A stretch of 36,010 nt of DNA from a virus. This document shows, in pieces, positions 33,185 to 36,010 of the stretch. The DNA lies in IMG/VR virus record IMGVR_UViG_3300025408_000007, one strand, 5' to 3'. The position numbers were made by a program, and so were the translations under genes. Position 1 is the stretch's first letter. Each line of letters starts with the position of its first letter. The notes under the pieces are model-generated. The model saw nothing but the letters and a program-made list of their open reading frames with translations. It searched no databases and was not told where the DNA came from.

Positions 33185-33538
33185 ATGTCCCTGATCAAGA
33201 AGTACACCGCATACGCCAAGGAGCAGCTCGCCGTCGTCCAGACCTGCGGGGCTCGCGCCGCCTTCCAGAAGCTCCGGATCGACAGCGAGGACGGTAACGT
33301 CAACCTCGTTATCGGCTTCATCGTCACCGCAATCGTCATGGCGATGGGTGTCATCATCCTGGCGAACGTCGAATCTGCAACGCCGGCGATCGACAACACG
33401 TCCGCGTGGTACACGCTCCAGCAGTCGCTCGCGACCACGACCCAGAGCGGCTACGGCCTCCTGGCGATCGTGCTGATCATCATGGCAGCGGCCGGTATCC
33501 TCGGTGTGCTGTTCCTGTTCACGCCGCGGAACAAGTAG
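33185..33538 (+). CDS. Putative major capsid protein, spindle-shaped-virus type (cleavable leader plus two hydrophobic helices)
   Basis: Own promoter and GAGGTGAT RBS; charged leader ending SEDG, then TM - polar loop (DNTS) - TM, as in SSV1 VP1 and His1-type capsid proteins. Confidence 0.7.
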   Translation: MSLIKKYTAYAKEQLAVVQTCGARAAFQKLRIDSEDGNVNLVIGFIVTAIVMAMGVIILANVESATPAIDNTSAWYTLQQSLATTTQSGYGLLAIVLIIMAAAGILGVLFLFTPRNK

Positions 33539-33550
33539 GCGAGGTGCTTC

Positions 33551-34039
33551 ATGCTCCTCCGACCTCTTTTTCCCCTCTGCGCTATCGCGCTTCTCCTCCT
33601 CCTGCTCACCGCACCAGCCGCCGCCGTCAACGTCACCGCCACGAACACCACCACCATCCTTCCCGCAGACGTCGCATACCTCCCGTTCGAGATCTGGCTC
33701 CCGCTTGCCATCGCCCCGTTCCTCTTCCTCTTCCTCTCGCTCTGGTCCGGCATCAGCGCTCACGATCTCTGGGCTCTCCTGGCGTTCATCTTCTCGGCAG
33801 CCGCCGCCTACCTCTCGACCGCCATCGCCTTCACCACCACGCATACCGAAGTCATCAACGGCGAGATCTACGTCGTCCCCGTCGAAATCGTCGCCCACCC
33901 CCCTTATCTCCCCTACCTGATCGGGCTCATCACCGCGATCAGCGTCGTCAACATGATCCGGGTGATCTGGGAAGACTACTTCCGTCCCGTCCGGGACGCA
34001 AAACTGATGGAAGCCGGCGAAATGCCGCCCATGAGGTGA
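33551..34039 (+). CDS. Multi-pass membrane protein
   Basis: Signal peptide, NVT and NTT sequons, three or more TM helices. Confidence 0.75.
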   Translation: MLLRPLFPLCAIALLLLLLTAPAAAVNVTATNTTTILPADVAYLPFEIWLPLAIAPFLFLFLSLWSGISAHDLWALLAFIFSAAAAYLSTAIAFTTTHTEVINGEIYVVPVEIVAHPPYLPYLIGLITAISVVNMIRVIWEDYFRPVRDAKLMEAGEMPPMR

Positions 34040-34046
34040 CCACTCA

Positions 34047-34523
34047 ATGCCAATCGAAATGTCCAAAGAAGAGTATGACGCGCTGATGAAGCGGGTGAAC
34101 GACCCGAACCGCCCGCTCCCCCAGAGCGGCCCCTCCATCGCCGAGCAGTCCCTCTCCATGCTCCTCGACCCCGACATCCCGGACGACGGCAGCCTCGAAG
34201 ACCTCTGGCTCTTCTCCGGCGACGTCGCCCGACACGTCGAGCTCACGAACATCCCCACGCCCGAAGCGCACCGCAAGTTCCGCCGGGCCACCACCAGCAT
34301 CCTCCGCGTCGCCACCTGGGACGCCAAAGACTACCTGCAGCAGCGGATGGCGAAACTCGCCTTCTGCGACATCCTCGCCGGAAAATCCATCGGCTACACC
34401 CGGCACACCCGGGAGCGGGATGCTTTGAACGAGAACCGCCTGACGCAGACCCTGCGGGACGACCGTCCCCTCCCGCCCCGGAACGACGGCGGCGGCTTCC
34501 TCTCCTTCCTCAAGCGAGGTTAA
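34047..34523 (+). CDS. Hypothetical protein (morphogenesis cluster)
   Basis: Codon bias and operon position. Confidence 0.75.
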   Translation: MPIEMSKEEYDALMKRVNDPNRPLPQSGPSIAEQSLSMLLDPDIPDDGSLEDLWLFSGDVARHVELTNIPTPEAHRKFRRATTSILRVATWDAKDYLQQRMAKLAFCDILAGKSIGYTRHTRERDALNENRLTQTLRDDRPLPPRNDGGGFLSFLKRG

Positions 34524-34526
34524 CCC

Positions 34527-35243
34527 ATGTCAACCATAACCGTTACTCCAACCGGCGCCGAGGTCGGCGGAATGATCCTCGGCCTCCCCTGGTTCATCTG
34601 GGGCTTCGTAGTGCTCGGCCTCGTCATCCTCTTCAGCAACGCCTTATGGGTCTGGTACTGGTGGACCATGGGTCCCGTCTCCGGCTACTTCCGAGCCTCC
34701 CGCACCAACACCGACCTCGGCATTGTCTGCCTCAAGAGCGGCCGGATGCGCTTCTACGCCATGGACTACATCGCCGGCATCTTCAACGCCGTAGGGCTCC
34801 CGCTCTCGTGGATCCAGCGGTCCCCCGACTCGCACCGCTTCGGCGCCGTCAACGCCAAGATCTTCCTCGACACCTGGGGTATCGCCACCGACCCGAAGCT
34901 TCAGGCCGCGGTCAAAGCCGCCATCATCGACTGGAACGAGACCCACACCGAGAGCGATCAGATCGCCGACTACGAAGACCTCTACAACCTCGTCAAGGCC
35001 GGAAAGATTGACGATCCGATCTTGATGCCGGCAGTCTGCGAAGTCCCCCTCTACGAAATCGAACGCTACCTCCCGCACATCGGTGCCGGCGACCTCGAAG
35101 GCCACATCGCCGAGCGCGTCGCCGAAGAGACCGACGACCTCAAAACCTCCTCTTGGCCCGGCTGGATGAAGGCCCTCATCGCCATCGAGGTCGTCATCGT
35201 GATCATCGTCTGCACCGTCTACCTGCTCGGGGGAAGTGGGTGA
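34527..35243 (+). CDS. Membrane protein with N- and C-terminal TM helices
   Basis: Codon bias; hydrophobic ends. Confidence 0.8.
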   Translation: MSTITVTPTGAEVGGMILGLPWFIWGFVVLGLVILFSNALWVWYWWTMGPVSGYFRASRTNTDLGIVCLKSGRMRFYAMDYIAGIFNAVGLPLSWIQRSPDSHRFGAVNAKIFLDTWGIATDPKLQAAVKAAIIDWNETHTESDQIADYEDLYNLVKAGKIDDPILMPAVCEVPLYEIERYLPHIGAGDLEGHIAERVAEETDDLKTSSWPGWMKALIAIEVVIVIIVCTVYLLGGSG

Positions 35244-36010
35244 GCGACAATGTTACCGCTCCTCATCCCCCTGGCCCCTCACCTCGTGCGGGCGGCAACC
35301 TCCACCCGCCCACAGCCACAGGCACAGCTCCGCCCCTCCCCCTCTCCTCAGACCTCGCCGACCCCGGCCCCCACGCTCTCCACTCCGTTTGACATCGCCC
35401 TCCGGGCCGGCCCCGCCTTCGCCGGCCACCTCATCGGCTCCAGGGTGGACCTGCTCACCGCACCCGCCCGGACCGTCAACCCATCTATCCCCCGGGCCCG
35501 GGAAGAGTTCGCCGCCCGCCCCGTCGAGATGGTCCGGGGCGGCCTCATCGGCGCCAGCCTGATCACCGGCGTCGCGGGAGGTGCCGCCCTCCTCGGTGGC
35601 GGCGGGGCCGTCGCCGCAGCAGGTCCGGCCGCGTCCGGCATCATCCGCACCGGCGGCGGAGCCGCTCTCGGCCTCGCCACCCGCACCGCCCCCGCGATCG
35701 TCCAGCAGGGCGCCACAGTGGCCGCAACCGCCGCCGGCGCCATGCTCCCCCTCGCCCTCGCCAACGAGATCGGCCCCGCCTTCCCCGACCCCGGCCCGCA
35801 GTTCCCCACCGGCCGCCCCGGCCCGGAGATCAGCCCCGGCCGCAACCCCTACGTCCTCGGCCCCGGCCCCATCCCGCATTCCACCTGGGACCCCGGGCAG
35901 GCTGAGTTAGGCCCCGGGGACCGGATATCTCGGCTCGAACGCATCTCTCCCCCGTCCCCGGTCGGCACCCACGAGGTCGGCCTCCACCGCGACCTCACCG
36001 AGATCCGGCC
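35161..36010 (+). repeat. Direct repeat, copy 2
   Basis: Colinear with 1-850, ~94% identical. Confidence 0.97.
35250..36010 (+). CDS. Second, divergent allele of the 90-1577 gene (partial, runs off the window)
   Basis: Same frame kept open; many substitutions are synonymous. Confidence 0.8.
   Translation, partial: MLPLLIPLAPHLVRAATSTRPQPQAQLRPSPSPQTSPTPAPTLSTPFDIALRAGPAFAGHLIGSRVDLLTAPARTVNPSIPRAREEFAARPVEMVRGGLIGASLITGVAGGAALLGGGGAVAAAGPAASGIIRTGGGAALGLATRTAPAIVQQGATVAATAAGAMLPLALANEIGPAFPDPGPQFPTGRPGPEISPGRNPYVLGPGPIPHSTWDPGQAELGPGDRISRLERISPPSPVGTHEVGLHRDLTEIR

Larger units (their letters stand above)
1..35160. mobile_element. Complete unit of a temperate archaeal virus/provirus, probably spindle-shaped, with a Methanomicrobiales-like host
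   Basis: The sequence restarts at 35161. It carries a tyrosine integrase, a P-loop ATPase next to a hydrophobic two-helix capsid-like gene, adhesins, an RHH switch and archaeal expression signals. Confidence 0.85.

Noticed and set aside
31628-35243. Head-tail virus or pleolipovirus assignment
   Set aside because: No terminase, portal or HK97 capsid. A pleolipovirus is less favoured because of the processed two-helix capsid-like gene with its own strong promoter, but it is not fully excluded without profile searches.

Overview
The window is one complete ~35,160-bp unit of an archaeal virus or provirus. Bases 35161-36010 repeat bases 1-850 colinearly, but only ~94% identically. The host is probably Methanomicrobiales (Methanoculleus-like), inferred from high GC, GGAGGTGA-type ribosome-binding sites, an archaeal type IV pilin and methanogen-style PKD/dockerin/cohesin domains. 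Modules in order: (i) virion morphogenesis at 30989-36010 and 1-8092, with a P-loop ATPase, a two-helix hydrophobic capsid-like protein of the spindle-shaped-virus type, membrane proteins, a large spike-like protein and an adjacent dockerin-adhesin / membrane-anchored cohesin pair; (ii) a pilin and membrane-protein operon; (iii) a divergent pair of paralogous ribbon-helix-helix regulators; (iv) a run of small genes plus a wHTH protein; (v) an array of ~15 small genes at 16.1-20.4 kb (MazG-like, C5 methyltransferase, many Zn-binding) joined by a repeated TGGTAGAGGAG junction motif; (vi) a repeat-rich non-coding region, a serine resolvase and a ParB-DUF488 / dual-OB-like cargo pair; (vii) a minus-strand block of plasmid-like genes separated by tRNA-like structured repeats; (viii) a tyrosine integrase preceded by a long hairpin. 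I saw no terminase, portal, HK97 capsid, DNA polymerase, reverse transcriptase, CRISPR array or complete tRNA. All family assignments are from motif recognition by eye, without database searches.
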